A stretch of 64,000 nucleotides of DNA from an uncultured Actinomycetota bacterium (lineage in GTDB: Bacteria; Actinomycetota; Thermoleophilia; RBG-16-64-13). The DNA lies in the NCBI GenBank assembly GCA_963803925.1, contig CAWDOM010000011.1:49949-113948 (forward strand). The letters run 5' to 3'. The first letter of the stretch is position 1, and the number at the start of each line of letters is the position of its first letter. The notes beneath the pieces were generated by a model. The model saw only the letters and a list, made by a program, of their open reading frames with translations. It did not search any database and was not told the DNA's origin. Positions 37,559 through 46,516 of this stretch are shown one piece after another. Both the position numbers and the translations under genes were made by a program.

Positions 37559-39153
37559 CTAACTGTTGAGGATGGCCTCGGCTTCCTCGCGGTAGGCGTC
37601 CATGAGGTAGGGGATGCCGGTGACCTTGGCGCACTCCTCGGTGAGGCTCATCAGGTCCTCGCGGGCTGATCGCCGGGACGTTGAAGCAGCGGGCCCCGGC
37701 CATGAGCTGCTGCAGGCCGACTCGGAGCTTCTGCGCATAGCTGTAGATGCCGATGGCGCCCAGCGGGATGTTCTTCATCTCGTCCTTGCCGACGATGTCG
37801 ACCACTTCTTCGTAGCACACGAAGATCTCTTCGGGCGTGGTGCCGAACTGGCTGACGGTCTTGGGCAGGCCGCCGTTCTTCATCCACACGGCCGATGTTC
37901 TTGCCGACCATGCCGGGGATCATCAGGGCCCGGCCCATGCAGACGGCCTTGACGAACGGTGCGCCCAGGGCCAGGGCCTTGAAGATGTCGTCTTCGCTGC
38001 TGAAGCCGCCGGCAAAGGCGATGTCGGGCACGCGCTCGCCCCTCGCCGCCAGACTTGGCCGCGAACTCGGCCGCGGCCGCATGCAGGTAGAGGCTGGGCA
38101 TGCCCCATTCCTCCATCATGCGCCACGGGCTCATGCCGGTGCCGCCGGGAGCGCCGTCGATGGTCAGCAGGTCGATCTTGGCCTCGCAACCCCACTTGAT
38201 GGCCATGGCCAGCTCGCGCAGGCCGTACGCGCCGGTCTTCAGGGTGATCCGCTTGAAGCCGAGGTCGCGCAGCCGCTGGCACTCGGCGAGGAAGCCCTCT
38301 TCGTCGATGAAGCCGAGCCGGCTGTGGCGCTCGAATTCCTTGATCGCGCCGTCTTTGAAGGCGGCCTGAGTGATGGGATCGGACGGATCGGGCGTGACGA
38401 TGTAGCCGCGCTTCTGCAGTTCCAGCGCCCGTTCGAGGCGAGTCGACCTTGATCTCGCCGCCGATGCACTTGGCGCCCTGGCCCCACTTCAGCTCGATGG
38501 TCTCGAGCCGTGCTTCTTGATGACGTATTCGGCCACTCCCAGACGGGTGTCCTCGACGTTCATCTGGACGAGGATCTCGCCGTAGCCGCGATGGTAGCGC
38601 GATAGGTCTCGATGCGGCGGTCCATGTCCGGGCGCGAAGCTGACCTTGCCCTGCGCGTCGAACTCGAGCTCGGGTCGATGCCCGCACACGTTCTCGCCGC
38701 AGACCAGGGTGACACCGCTGATGGCCGCGCCCACGGCGAAGTGCTCCCAGTTCTTCCGGGCGATCTCGGTGGAGCCGAGCGCCCCGGTGAACACGGGCGC
38801 CAGCATCTTGACCTTGTTGTCCCAGCCGTACTCGGTCTGCACGCTCACGCGGGGAACGTGCATGTGTCGGAGTTGGCCTCCACTCCTTCGGGCAGACCCT
38901 CGCCGCCCAGCGCGTAGCCCTGGATGTTCAGGTGGGAGTAGTCGATCGGGTAGTCCTTGTCGCCTCCGGCGGTTATCTCGCCGAAGGGTCCGGGGTAGAT
39001 GAGCTCGCGGCCACGGAAGGTGGCCTTGAAGACCTCGCAGTTGCCGCTGCAGCCGTCGATGCAGCGAGTGCAGAGGCCCGAGCCGGGGACCACGCTGCGC
39101 GAGCGGTTCGACGTCTGGGAAACGTCATTCGCATTGGGTTGCTGTAGATTCAC
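37559..39153 (-). pseudogene. Archaeal-type glutamate-synthase large-subunit-like FMN protein (GltB domain family), broken by about eight frame shifts
   Basis: Homologous segments are spread over all three frames: CTRCIDGCSGNCEVF / LAPVFTGALGSTEIA...VQMNVEDTRLGVAEYVIKKHG / ETIELKWGQGAKCIGGEIKV / LERALELQKRGYIV...KRITLKTGAYGLRELAMAIKWGCEAKIDLLTIDGAPGGTGMSPW / ERVPDIAFAGGFSSEDDIFKALALGAPFVKAVCMGRA / WMKNGGLPKTVSQFGTT...LQQLMAGARCFNV / EDLMSLTEECAKVTGIPYLMDAYREEAEAILNS, ending at the stop. Confidence 0.7.
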
Positions 39154-39181
39154 GACGTACTCCTTCTTGCTAGATCGGCCG

Positions 39182-39889
39182 TTAACGTGTCGAAAGCAGA
39201 CCGCGCAACTGCCACTGCGCGCACTGGAAACCTCGTCCCAGCTCGCACTGGATGCACGTGTCGGGGATGTTCTCGACCATCGAGCGCTGCGATTCGCAGA
39301 GACCGCAGATGTAACCCTCAGACCGGGGTCCGGGGCACGGGGTGATGGTCATGGGGCAGACCTCGACGCAGTTGTGGCAGCGCTTGCAGAGGTCGGGCCG
39401 TTGGTAGAAGGGGAGGGCGACATGCCGGTCGCTGCCCCTGCCCACAAAGCCGAGCGAGTGCGACTGCCAGATCTCTCCGCACACCCGGACGCACCGGCCG
39501 CAGAGAACGCAGTCGTGGTTGCGCAGGGGGTAGCGCGAGCGTGTCACGCCCACACGCGCGGCCAGGTCTTGAATGGCCCGTGAGTTGGGCGCTTCCGCCA
39601 GCAGCAACTCGACGATGTTCCTGCGGGCGCGCACGGCCGCTTCGGAGTGGGCCTCGACGACGAGTCCTTCGCGGGCCTCCAGGGTGCACGACGCGGTCAT
39701 CGTGCGCCGGCCGCCCTCCACCACCTCGGCGATGCACACCCGGCAGGCCCCGCTGGGGCTCACGCCGGGCATGTGGCACAGGTTGGGAATGCAGATTCCG
39801 ACAGACAGGGCCGCGTCGAGCACGCTCGAACCCTCGAGAGCGCTGATCGTCGCCCCGTCTACCGTGATAGTCACCATCTTCTTTGCCAT
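39182..39889 (-). CDS. [2Fe-2S] plus [4Fe-4S] ferredoxin-like protein resembling the N-terminal module of NuoG/HndD
   Basis: AAGGAGG RBS. MAKKMVTITVDGATISALEGSSVLDAAL...CHMPGVSPSGACRVC...CVLCGRCVRVC...CKRCHNCVEVCP. Confidence 0.75.
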   Translation of the reverse strand: MAKKMVTITVDGATISALEGSSVLDAALSVGICIPNLCHMPGVSPSGACRVCIAEVVEGGRRTMTASCTLEAREGLVVEAHSEAAVRARRNIVELLLAEAPNSRAIQDLAARVGVTRSRYPLRNHDCVLCGRCVRVCGEIWQSHSLGFVGRGSDRHVALPFYQRPDLCKRCHNCVEVCPMTITPCPGPRSEGYICGLCESQRSMVENIPDTCIQCELGRGFQCAQWQLRGLLSTR

Positions 39890-39900
39890 GGCTGCCTCCT

Positions 39901-41745
39901 TCAGGTCCTGCTGATAGCTTCGGAGGGGCAGGCGTCGACACAGATGCCGCACCTCTGGCAGAGCTCTGGGACGATGCGGAAGGCGTCGTCTTCGACGATG
40001 GCCGCGTGCGGGCAGGCGTCGGTGCACGAGCCGCACATGGTGCAGAGGTCGGGGTCGATCTCGTACGTCGACAGCGCCGTGCAGACTCCGGCCGGACAGA
40101 CATGGCTCTCGATGTGCGCCTTGTACTCGTCTTCGAAGTAGCGGAGCGTAGAGAGCACCGGGTTGGCCGCCGTCTTGCCGAGCGCGCAGAGCGAGCCGAC
40201 CGACATGGTCCAGGCCAGGTCTTTGAGAGTCTCGAGTTGCTCCTTGCGGCCTCGTCCCTCGGTGATATCGGTGAGGATCTCGAGCATGCGGTCGGTGCCC
40301 AACCGGCAGGGCGTGCACTTGCCGCACGACTCCTCATTGAGGAACTTCATGAAGTACTTCGCCACATCGACCATGCAGGCCGAGCTGTCCATGACCACCA
40401 TGCCGCCCGAGCCCATCATCGATCCGGCCTGAGAGAGCGCCTCGTAGTCTACGGGCAGGTCGAACAGCGAGGCGGGTAGGCAACCACCAGAGGGGCCGCC
40501 GGTCTGCACCGCCTTGATCGGCTTGCCGTTCTGCTGGCCTCCACCGATGTCGAACACGATCTCACGGAGCGGTGTGCCCATCTCGACCTCGATGAGCCCC
40601 GTGTTCTTCACCTGGCCGGTGAGGGCGAAGACCTTGGTGCCTTTGCTGAGCTCGGTGCCCTTCGCGGCGAACCAGGCGGCTCCGTTGGAGACGATCTTCG
40701 GCACGTTGGCCCAGGTCTCCACGTTGTTGAGGTCGGTGGGTTGATCGAGGTAGCCGCGCTCCACGGTGTGGATGTCTTTGGCCCGTGGTTCGCCGACCTC
40801 GCCCTGGAGCGAAGCCATGAGGGCCGTCGACTCTCCGCACACGAACGCTCCGCCGCCGCGGGCCACTTTGACGTCGAAGTCCAGGCCAGAACCAAGGATG
40901 TTCTCGCCCAGCAGGCCGTACTCGCGCGCCTGCTCTATGGCCCGGCGGACGTGCTCGACCGCGAGGGGGTACTCGTTGCGCACATACACGTAACCCTTAG
41001 CTGCTCCTATGGCATGGGCGCCGATGATCATCCCCTCGAGCACCGAGTGCGGATTGCCCTCGAGAAGGCTGCGATCCATGTACGCTCCGGGGTCGCCCTC
41101 GTCGGCGTTGCACACCACGTAGCGTGTCGATCCGGCCGCGGCGCGGGTCTGAGCCCACTTCCTGCCGGTCGGGTAGCCGCCGCCGCCCCGGCCTCTCAGG
41201 CCTGAGGCGCTGATCTCGGCGATGACTGTCTCGGGGTCGAGCAGGAGCGCCTTGGCGAGGGCGTCGTAGCCGCCGGCCGCTATGTAGTCGTCGATACTGG
41301 TCGGCGCTAGACGGCGGTTGTCGGCCATGAGACAGCGCTGCTGGGCCGCATAGAACGGGATGTCGGCCTCGTGCTGCACGGTCTTGCCCGACACTGGGTC
41401 GATGTACAGCAACTCTTCGACGGTCTCGCCGTTCACTAGGGTGCGCGACACGATCTCGGGCACATCCTCCGGCCGGATATGGCGGTAGAAGATGCCCGCG
41501 GGCTCGATGATCGCGAGAGGGCCCTGTTCGCAGAAGCCGTGGCACCCGGTGAGACGGAGCAGGACCCTGTCGTTCAGACCGTTCTGCTCGAGTGCCTCGG
41601 CCATGGCCTCGGCGACCGGTAAGCAGCCACAGGCGCGACACGCGGTGCCGGCGCACATGGTCACGGTCAGTTCGTACGCGTCGCGCTTCTCGGCCAGCTC
41701 ACGCCGGTGATCGGCGAGCGACTTCATGTCGGGAAGTTTAGGCAT
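39901..41745 (-). CDS. NuoF/HndC-like NAD(H)-binding FMN/Fe-S flavoprotein with an N-terminal thioredoxin-like [2Fe-2S] domain and C-terminal 2x[4Fe-4S]
   Basis: GLRGRGGGGYPTGRKW (FMN/NADH site), ESCGKCTPCRLG, and the C-terminal CTMCGSCTDACP...CQRCGICVDACP. The start at 41745 overlaps the upstream stop; an alternative ATG exists at 41775. Confidence 0.85.
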   Translation of the reverse strand: MPKLPDMKSLADHRRELAEKRDAYELTVTMCAGTACRACGCLPVAEAMAEALEQNGLNDRVLLRLTGCHGFCEQGPLAIIEPAGIFYRHIRPEDVPEIVSRTLVNGETVEELLYIDPVSGKTVQHEADIPFYAAQQRCLMADNRRLAPTSIDDYIAAGGYDALAKALLLDPETVIAEISASGLRGRGGGGYPTGRKWAQTRAAAGSTRYVVCNADEGDPGAYMDRSLLEGNPHSVLEGMIIGAHAIGAAKGYVYVRNEYPLAVEHVRRAIEQAREYGLLGENILGSGLDFDVKVARGGGAFVCGESTALMASLQGEVGEPRAKDIHTVERGYLDQPTDLNNVETWANVPKIVSNGAAWFAAKGTELSKGTKVFALTGQVKNTGLIEVEMGTPLREIVFDIGGGQQNGKPIKAVQTGGPSGGCLPASLFDLPVDYEALSQAGSMMGSGGMVVMDSSACMVDVAKYFMKFLNEESCGKCTPCRLGTDRMLEILTDITEGRGRKEQLETLKDLAWTMSVGSLCALGKTAANPVLSTLRYFEDEYKAHIESHVCPAGVCTALSTYEIDPDLCTMCGSCTDACPHAAIVEDDAFRIVPELCQRCGICVDACPSEAISRT

Positions 41746-42250
41746 GGGCCGCCACCTCGACTCCCTCTGGGGCATCTTGACCGGCTTCCTGGTCGGCCGC
41801 GCGCACATCCTTGAGAAGCTGCGAAAGCTTCTCGGCGTTCACGTGGTCGTGATAGACACCGTCGAGTACGACGACCGGGCCGAGCGCACACGCGCCCAAG
41901 CAGTTGACCGTCTCGAGGGTGAAGGCCCCGTCGGCGGTGGTGCATCCCGGCTCGATATCGAGCCGGGCGGTGAGCTCGTCGAGCAGCCTGGGCGCCCCGC
42001 GGACATGGCAGGCGGTACCGTCACATACCGTGAGCACGTGGCGTCCCCTGCGGACCAAGCTGAAGGCTTTATAGAAGTTCGCCAATCTGAACACTTCGAT
42101 CAGCGGGACTTCAAACGATTCGGCTACACGACGGAGCGCTTCCTCGGGCAGGTACCCGAACGACGCCTGCACGTCTTGCAAGACCTCCATGATGTCGAAC
42201 GGCTCGAGGCCGCGGTTCTCGAGGATGGTCTCTAGGTCACTCAACTCCAT
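41738..42250 (-). CDS. NuoE/HndA-like thioredoxin-fold [2Fe-2S] subunit
   Basis: GGAGGAGG RBS before the ATG at 42250. VLTVCDGTACHVRGA...ETVNCLGACALGP. Confidence 0.85.
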   Translation of the reverse strand: MELSDLETILENRGLEPFDIMEVLQDVQASFGYLPEEALRRVAESFEVPLIEVFRLANFYKAFSLVRRGRHVLTVCDGTACHVRGAPRLLDELTARLDIEPGCTTADGAFTLETVNCLGACALGPVVVLDGVYHDHVNAEKLSQLLKDVRAADQEAGQDAPEGVEVAAHA

Positions 42251-42429
42251 GGCCTCCTCCAAGTGCTCGGATGCGTGCGCCGCTCTCGCCACGGACCCTC
42301 CGTGCCTTGCGCCCAGCGGCTGGTCGTTGCCGACCAACATACAGTGCGACTACCGGCGGTCGCTCGGAGCCAGCTTTCACGGTGGTTTGCGCCCTGTCTG
42401 CGGCTTGTCCACCACTTCGCCCACGCTAG

Positions 42430-42653
42430 CGGCATCACATTGCCGTGCAATGTAGCAATACGGAAAGAGATTAGCAAGATTAGCAGCGATAACCTGACCG
42501 CGGCGTTGACGACAATACGGCCGAATTGCCGCAACCAAGCGGCAACCTGACACGACAGGTATCTGCCGCATAGAGCGGGTCTTGAGGGCTTACGAGGTTG
42601 TGAACGAGCCTCAGTACGGGCCAAACAGCCGCCGTATACCGGCAAAATTGCCG
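42430..42653. promoter_or_regulatory. Set of related palindromes (CGGCA-N6-TGCCG at 42430..42445, CGGCCGAATTGCCG at 42518..42531, CGGCAAAATTGCCG at 42640..42653) in the 447-nt divergent region between the NuoE-like operon and the NrpR-like gene
   Basis: Read directly. ATTGCCG recurs three times. There are also direct repeats ATTAGCA(A/G) at 42470..42486 and GCAACC at 42531/42541. Confidence 0.4.
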
Positions 42654-42697
42654 CTTCGCGCCCGTCAGACCGGCACGTTTCTGGTAGGATATGCGGC

Positions 42698-43708
42698 ATG
42701 AGGGAGCGAACCGAAGAGAAGCGCACCGCGATCTTGCGCATCCTCCGTGAGGCCGAGAAGCCCCTCGGCAGCTCGAGGATAACCGAGCGGCTGGCCGCCA
42801 TGGGCCACGACATCAGCGAGAGGACGGTCAGGTTCCACCTGCTCGACATGGACAAGCTGGGCTGGACTCAGAATCTCGGCAGGCACGGCCGCTCGATCAC
42901 CCAGCGCGGACTGAACGAGCTCGACGATACGAGGGGCTTCGAGAAGGTGGGCATCTTGTCGGCCAAGATCGACCAGATGACCTACAAGATGGATTTCGAC
43001 CTCGTCAAGAAGACCGGCACCGTGGTGGTCAACGTCAGCGTCATCCCTCGCGATCAACTCGAGCGCTCGATCCCCCTCATGACCCAGGTCTTCTCCGCCG
43101 GCTACGCCATGGGCAAGCTGATCGGGTTCCTGCGGCCGGGCGAGCAGATCGGCAAGATGGCCGTACCCGAGGGGAGCATCGGCATCGCCACCGTCTGCTC
43201 GATCACGGTGAACGGCGTGCTGGTGGCTCACGGCATTCCTACCAACTCGCGCTTCGGGGGCCTGCTCGAACTCCGCGACCACAAGGCTGTGCGCTTCGCC
43301 GAGTTCATCAACTACGACGGCACCACCCTCGATCCCCTGGAGATCTTCATACGTAGTGTCATGACCGACTACGTCGGCGCCACTCGTAACGGCAACGGGC
43401 TCATCGGAGCGAGCTTTCGCGAAGTGCCCGCCGACAGCCGCGATCATGTGCTGGAGCTGGCCCTCCAGATGGAGAAGGTAGGGCTCGGCGCCATCTCGAT
43501 GGTGGGGTGGCCGGGACAGCAGCTGCTCGAGATACCCGTGAGCGAGGGCCGTCTGGGTATCGTGGTGATCGGCGGGCTCAATCCGGTGGCCATTCTCGAG
43601 GAGAAGGGCATCCGTGTCTACCGCACCGGCGCGCTGGCCGGCCTAATCGACTACGACCGGCTTTTCAGCTACGAGGAGTTGAGCGAGCAGGCCCGGGCGC
43701 TCGACTGA
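42698..43708 (+). CDS. nrpR: NrpR-like transcriptional repressor (winged HTH plus two DUF128/NrpR regulatory domains)
   Basis: ILRILREAEKPLGSSRITERL...ISERTVRFHLLDMD...GIATVCSITVNGVLVAHGIPTNSRFGGLLEL...INYDGTTLDPLEIFI...GASFREVP...IGGLNPVAILEEKGI. This matches my memory of the euryarchaeal NrpR family. Confidence 0.8.
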   Translation: MRERTEEKRTAILRILREAEKPLGSSRITERLAAMGHDISERTVRFHLLDMDKLGWTQNLGRHGRSITQRGLNELDDTRGFEKVGILSAKIDQMTYKMDFDLVKKTGTVVVNVSVIPRDQLERSIPLMTQVFSAGYAMGKLIGFLRPGEQIGKMAVPEGSIGIATVCSITVNGVLVAHGIPTNSRFGGLLELRDHKAVRFAEFINYDGTTLDPLEIFIRSVMTDYVGATRNGNGLIGASFREVPADSRDHVLELALQMEKVGLGAISMVGWPGQQLLEIPVSEGRLGIVVIGGLNPVAILEEKGIRVYRTGALAGLIDYDRLFSYEELSEQARALD

Positions 43709-43769
43709 CGGGCGCGAGACGCGGTCGCGCCGCGCAGGCCCGGGCGAAACCGGCCGGCCGCCGGCCCGG

Positions 43770-44819
43770 CTACTCGCCGGGCGGCGCCCAGCTCGCCACG
43801 TACTCCAGACCCGCTCGTCCCCCCTCGCCGGTCTCACCGGGCGCCGGCGGGTCGACCACCCAGCCGCCGGACAGCCCCCGCTCACGTGCGACCAGGTCGA
43901 AGTGGCACATGGCGATGCCCATGTCGACACGCTGCAGGTCGGCGAGGCGCAAGAGCGCGAAGGTAGCGGTGCCTTTGCCGTAGCCCTTGGTGCGTTGCAG
44001 ATAGAAGTGCCAGGTCTCGCCGCGCCTGAGGATGCGCCATGGCTGTTTGTTCGACGCCGACGGGGCCCAGCGCAGCGCATCGAGAACGGGGGCGAACGCG
44101 GCGGCTCCGGGGTCTGTGTTCGGAGCGGCCGTCGCTGCCGCGTGGGTGCCGGCCGCGGCCCGGGTCCCGGCGGCGGTCCCGGCGGCGCCGGCCCCGGCCG
44201 CGCCGCCCACGCCCGCACTCGCGCCGCCCACGCCCGCCCCCGCGGGTTCGAGCGGCTGCTCGAACGTGCCGTCGAAGAAGAGCTGCTCGGGCGGCAGCCG
44301 GTGGTGGCTGCCGGCCTTCTGTCTCGCCCACGCTTTCTTGCTGCCCTCGGTCGGGTAGCCCACCGCCGCGACCGCCGGCACGATGTCGTCGCGGGTCGCG
44401 CCGATCTTGCGCGCGAACGAGCTCTTGCTGAAGGTGCCACCGAGCCAGCAGGTCTGCAGGCCGAGATCGGTCGCGGCAAGCACAGCGTGCTCGAGCGAGT
44501 AGCCGTAGTCCTCGAGGTCCTTGGGAGCGCGCTCAGCCGCTCCGACCAGGAATCCCGGGGCGTCCTTGATGAAGCCGTAGGTGCCCAGGCCTTTCAGCGA
44601 CGCCCTGTCGTCGGCCGTGGCGGCCACGAGCGACACACGCACCCGGCTGCCGAGCGGCCCGGGATCGAGTGTGGCGAGGAACGCCTCGAGCTCCCGCTGG
44701 ACGGCATCGTCGATAGGCTGGTCGACGTAGGCTCGACAGGAGTATCGGCGGCTCACCAGCTCCGAAATGGGGCTTCTCAAGGTATTCCTCCTGCATTCTC
44801 GCTCGCACAATGTTGTCAA
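43770..44819 (-). CDS. Nitroreductase-family protein carrying a ~55-aa Ala/Gly/Thr-rich low-complexity insert. An alternative TTG start at 44780 follows AGGAGGAA.
   Basis: RRYSCRAYVDQPI...ASLKGLGTYGFIKDAPGFLV...LEHAVLAATDLGLQTCWLGG...ALRWAPSASNKQPW. The insert is encoded by short tandem DNA repeats at 44163..44237. Confidence 0.75.
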   Translation of the reverse strand: MTTLCERECRRNTLRSPISELVSRRYSCRAYVDQPIDDAVQRELEAFLATLDPGPLGSRVRVSLVAATADDRASLKGLGTYGFIKDAPGFLVGAAERAPKDLEDYGYSLEHAVLAATDLGLQTCWLGGTFSKSSFARKIGATRDDIVPAVAAVGYPTEGSKKAWARQKAGSHHRLPPEQLFFDGTFEQPLEPAGAGVGGASAGVGGAAGAGAAGTAAGTRAAAGTHAAATAAPNTDPGAAAFAPVLDALRWAPSASNKQPWRILRRGETWHFYLQRTKGYGKGTATFALLRLADLQRVDMGIAMCHFDLVARERGLSGGWVVDPPAPGETGEGGRAGLEYVASWAPPGE

Positions 44820-44859
44820 CTACCTCTATCATATGAGACCTTGACCAGACCCGTTCGAT

Positions 44860-45021
44860 CTAGGAGGCTGCTGGAAGACGAAGTCCCGGCCGCGAGAACG
44901 TGCCAGGCGGCGCAATACGGCGTCCTCAGTCGCGTAAATGGCGCTGCTATTCACGCTCTTTGCGTCCCTGTCTTGTGCATGGCGGTCGCGTCCCCGTGGC
45001 GAACGTCCTATTTCAACAGCC
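44860..45021 (-). mobile_element. Copy A of a ~162-nt MITE-like repeat, intergenic, in inverted orientation relative to copy B
   Basis: The reverse complement of 44860..45008 aligns with 49734..49883 with 18 mismatches and 1 gap over ~149 nt (~87% identity by hand alignment). The ends resemble imperfect terminal inverted repeats: AGGCYGCTGG(G)AG ... C(T/C)CAGCAGCCT. Confidence 0.7.
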
Positions 45022-45066
45022 GATCGGGTCACCTGAAGTCGTGGAGTCCGACACAAGAGGAAGCAG

Positions 45067-46503
45067 ATGATCAAGTTCAGTGAGCGCCAGCTCAAAACGC
45101 CCAAGTACATGCGGCCCGTGTATTTGGTCACCGCGGGCCAGTCCAAGTACGGCAGGGCGATCCCGGAGAAGCGCACCGAGGAGTTGTGTGTCGACGCCTT
45201 CCGAATGGCGGCGCAGCTCATCAACAAGACTCCGGCCGAGTTGAAGCGCTACATCCACTCCTGCTACTACGGCCATTTCGCCGATCACTTCGGCGATCAG
45301 CTCTTGGGCGAGGCCGTTATCCACGACCGTCTCGGCCTCGATCCCCTCGGCAACGTCGGCATCAAGTCGGGCGGCGCCACCGGTGGCTCGACCCTGTGGG
45401 AAGCGGCCAAGGCCGTCGCCTCCGGTTATTCCGACTGCGTGCTCGCCATGGGCTGGGAGCGCATGGACGAAGTCCCTACCGACGAGGGCAACTTCCTCAT
45501 CGCCTCCGCCGCCGACCGTGACTGGGAATCCCCCATGGGCCAGATCTACACCGGCTACTACGCGGTCATGGCTCAGAAGTACTGGCAGGTGTTCGGCAAG
45601 GCCGAGGCCTCGTTCCGCCGCACGCTCGCCGAGATCTCGGTGAAGCACCACGGCTACGCCCGCTTCAACCCGTTCGCCCACGGCCCCATGAAGATCACCG
45701 TCGACGACGTTCTCATGTCGCCCCTGGTCGCCGATCCGCTGCGTGCCCTCGACTGCTGCCTCATGAGCGTCGGGTCGGCGTGCGCGATCCTCTGCGACGA
45801 AGAGACGGCCATGGAGCTGACCAAAGACAGCCCCAACAAGCCGCTCCGCATCTGGGTCACCGCCGGCTCGCACACGCTCCGTCCGGCCGACCGCCGCGCC
45901 ATGGAGATCCCGCTGCTGCCGCACGAGGCGCCCGATCAGTACAAGAACCTGGCCAAGGAATTCCCGGGCGGCGAACGCTATCCCGGCTTCACCGGCTTCC
46001 TCGCCGCGCGCATGGCCGCCTACTACGCCTACCGCATGGCCGGCGTCACGAATCCCACCGACGACTTCGACGTCATCGAGCTGCACGACGCCTTCACCAT
46101 CAGCGACGTGCAGACGTACGAGGACATCGGCCTGCGGCCCTACGGCCACGGCCGTGACTTCGTCGAGTCGGGCGACTGCTACCACACCAACCCACACACA
46201 GGCCAGCCGGGCAAGCTGCCGTCGAACCTGTCGGGCGGCCTCATCGGCTGCATGCACGCGGTGGGCGCGAGCGGCATCATGCAGGTGTTCGAGATCGCCA
46301 GCCACATCTGGGGACGCTGGGCCGAGCTGCACGGCGACCAGAAGCGGTGGGACGAGTTCGGCCGCGAGAAGCCCGAGGACTGGACCGACCTGCAGGTCAA
46401 GGACGCCCACCGGGCGCTGTCGGTCAGCCACGCGGGTGTCGGATCGCACGTCACGGCGACCGTCCTCATGGACCCCGATCATCTTCTGAACAAAGACGCG
46501 TGA
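45067..46503 (+). CDS. Thiolase-like protein (SCP-x / BbsB-like, non-canonical)
   Basis: 478 aa. VYLVTAGQSKYGR...DCVLAMGWERMDE...LDCCLMSVGSACAILCDEE...SNLSGGLIGCMHAVGASGIMQVFE. Followed by a DUF35 partner gene. Confidence 0.75.
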   Translation: MIKFSERQLKTPKYMRPVYLVTAGQSKYGRAIPEKRTEELCVDAFRMAAQLINKTPAELKRYIHSCYYGHFADHFGDQLLGEAVIHDRLGLDPLGNVGIKSGGATGGSTLWEAAKAVASGYSDCVLAMGWERMDEVPTDEGNFLIASAADRDWESPMGQIYTGYYAVMAQKYWQVFGKAEASFRRTLAEISVKHHGYARFNPFAHGPMKITVDDVLMSPLVADPLRALDCCLMSVGSACAILCDEETAMELTKDSPNKPLRIWVTAGSHTLRPADRRAMEIPLLPHEAPDQYKNLAKEFPGGERYPGFTGFLAARMAAYYAYRMAGVTNPTDDFDVIELHDAFTISDVQTYEDIGLRPYGHGRDFVESGDCYHTNPHTGQPGKLPSNLSGGLIGCMHAVGASGIMQVFEIASHIWGRWAELHGDQKRWDEFGREKPEDWTDLQVKDAHRALSVSHAGVGSHVTATVLMDPDHLLNKDA

Positions 46504-46516
46504 GAGAGGCCGACCA

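Noticed and set aside
42251-42697. Canonical methanogen NrpR operator GGAA-N6-TTCC
   Set aside because: It is not present. The only GGAA in the region (42462) has no TTCC partner at the right spacing, so different palindromes are reported instead as candidates.
44829-45227. 132-aa minus-strand ORF spanning repeat copy A
   Set aside because: It is open only because the repeat lacks stops in that frame. Its N-terminal part is antisense to the thiolase-like gene start, and it has no RBS.
45013-46482. 489-aa minus-strand ORF
   Set aside because: Antisense shadow of the thiolase-like gene 45067..46503.
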